Assembly (NCBI GenBank): GCA_050575255.1
Contig: JBNZDD010013687.1
Span: 1,276,751-1,340,750 of the forward strand
Direction of reading: 5' to 3'
DNA length: 64,000 nt
Source: Harriotta raleighana
Taxonomy: Eukaryota
Every line of letters starts with the position of its first letter. The first letter of the stretch is position 1. The position numbers were made by a program, and so were the translations under genes. Positions 62,101 through 64,000 of the stretch are shown piece by piece. The notes under the pieces were generated by a model. It did no database searches. It saw only the letters and a program-made list of their open reading frames with translations, and had not been told where the DNA came from.

Positions 62101-64000
62101 TCGGATCTCTTAGGAGCTCAAACTCTATTGAAATGGAAACCAAAATGACTCATTCAGATAATTTGCTTCTAATTTGCATATGTTATTGTGCAGCATATTA
62201 AATTGGTTGTGGTGGGATTTTGCAATGGGTGCCTCAGAATAAGATTTGTGGTTTGCAAGCAGAGCAATTTGATTGGAACTGGTTTTCAGGTAAGCAAAAT
62301 AAATAAATGCTTAGGTCCTATTGTTCGCAATGAAAGCTCAAGACATTCAATGGATTCTCTAATAATGAATTAAACTTATTAATTGCACAACACCTTGCAA
62401 ACCCAAATCAAGTAATATCTGTAAAAATAACATTAGACACTGTATATTTAGCCATAACCATTCACATAATTGAATTGTACTTTGTGTTATTTCACTATGT
62501 TATACTCTCTCAACTGATGCCCTCAGGTCTACCGTCTTAACCTATTATGCCTAGTACAAGCTACCTACTAGACACATGCACTCTCCTGTCTCCTGCCCTG
62601 CAGAAACAGCATGGATAGATTGCCCACATTTCTGACAAAAAGCATTGTGATCTTTCGCTCAGTGAGAGAGAGTACAATCTTAAAAGTACATCTTAAAAAA
62701 AAAACATACACAGGCTTGTGCTGTTATTCTGCACTGAGCTACTGTCAGTAAAAATAAAGAGTGTGCAGAATTGTTCAGTGTGTAATGCAGTGCACTGAAA
62801 TCACTGCAGTATTATGTACTTTGCGTAATCAAATATCGTGCATGACAAGGTCAAAAACTCATGCAAATAGGCTATGCAATTAATTGGCTATGACTGTACT
62901 GCTACAGATTTTTTTTACTACATAAACAAAAACTAGGGGGTGTTAGTTCTTTGTCTCACAATATCAGCCAGGTGTTAGTGAGAAATGACAGCAGCTCTAA
63001 TATTATTATGTTACAGCCCTTGGAACAAATATGGATAACACAAAATAACTTGTTTGAAAAAAGCAAGGGGCTAGCATCTTTATTTTTGTCTATCAGAAAA
63101 AAATGCATCTGGTTCTCCCAACCACACTGAATACATTTGTATTTTTTTCCATGATTAGGGCATGAGTCTTTTTGGGCGTAGGTGGAGTAATAGAATTGCG
63201 GAAAGCTCGAAGGGCTAAAAAGTCAGCTAGTGTGCCAATATTACAGTTTCAGCTGTCATTTAACAAGATCACAGTAAAAGATGAGGCTGCAGACTCAGAA
63301 AAAAATACACCCAACTTTTAAGGTGATCAAACATGCAGTCTGAGGCAGAGACTTATTCTAATGAGGCAGACTGTCACCAGAATCAGTCTGGATCTCTTCG
63401 TTGTCTATTGCAAAACTGTTCTCCCTTTCACTGGGATCAGTACTAATGCTAAGATATTGCCACAAGTGTCCCCAGTGAATAGCACTGCATTTTTTTCTCT
63501 CTCTAAACAGTTTGCTTACTAGTTTTTGTGTTGTAGATGAGGAAGCCTTCAGTAGTGACTTGCTCAGAAGAAATCAATGAAACTTGGATGACAAAGAGAA
63601 CAGACGTTTAATTTAGTATTCTGTTCTGGTGTTCAGTATTATCGTACATCGGAGTTGTGAGCTGAGGGATTGGGATGTTGAGGATAGTAATGAATCACTG
63701 GATTACTTAAGTTTAAATGTTTCAGTAAACTATAATCGTCAAGAAGTGATTTTGTCAGTGTGCAAGTTTTGAATTTTCTTTCCTTGTATAAGGAGACGAT
63801 GATTGGTATAGGCAAATTTGGAAGGTTGTCGATGAACAATGGTTCAAATTAATAAACAATAGTTCATTAACACCTTCAATAACCATTAAGTCATTAGCCA
63901 TATGTATGTCTTATCCATCGGTACTTTCTATTATCGCTGCCATTATCTTCACCTGACCCTTTACCAGGAGCAGTGAATAGGAAGAAGATAGTCCAATAGT

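Overview
Non-coding vertebrate genomic DNA. It is most likely from a cartilaginous fish (chimaera or shark), inferred from the repeat repertoire. I can support no host protein-coding gene, rRNA, genuine tRNA or CRISPR array. The only protein-like ORFs are fragments of L2 and CR1 LINE ORF2. The left ~38 kb is dense in retroelements: 5'-truncated L2 3' ends with (TTG)n tails, an abundant tRNA-headed SINE in short and long variants with an L2-like tail, older Deu-domain (SacSINE1/AmnSINE1-type) SINEs, and CR1 relics. It also holds a CpG-rich Tigger-type non-autonomous DNA transposon and a Penelope-type repeat carrying a minimal hammerhead ribozyme motif. The right ~26 kb is much poorer in recognisable repeats and contains blocks that look like conserved non-coding enhancers, consistent with a large intron or gene desert near a developmental regulator (inference). 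The most noteworthy items are the hammerhead motif, SINE-in-SINE insertions or permutation at the tRNA head, a 22-bp foldback, and the putative enhancer domain. I found no convincing new biological system. Repeat family names come from remembered consensus sequences, not from a search, and boundaries of old repeats are approximate.
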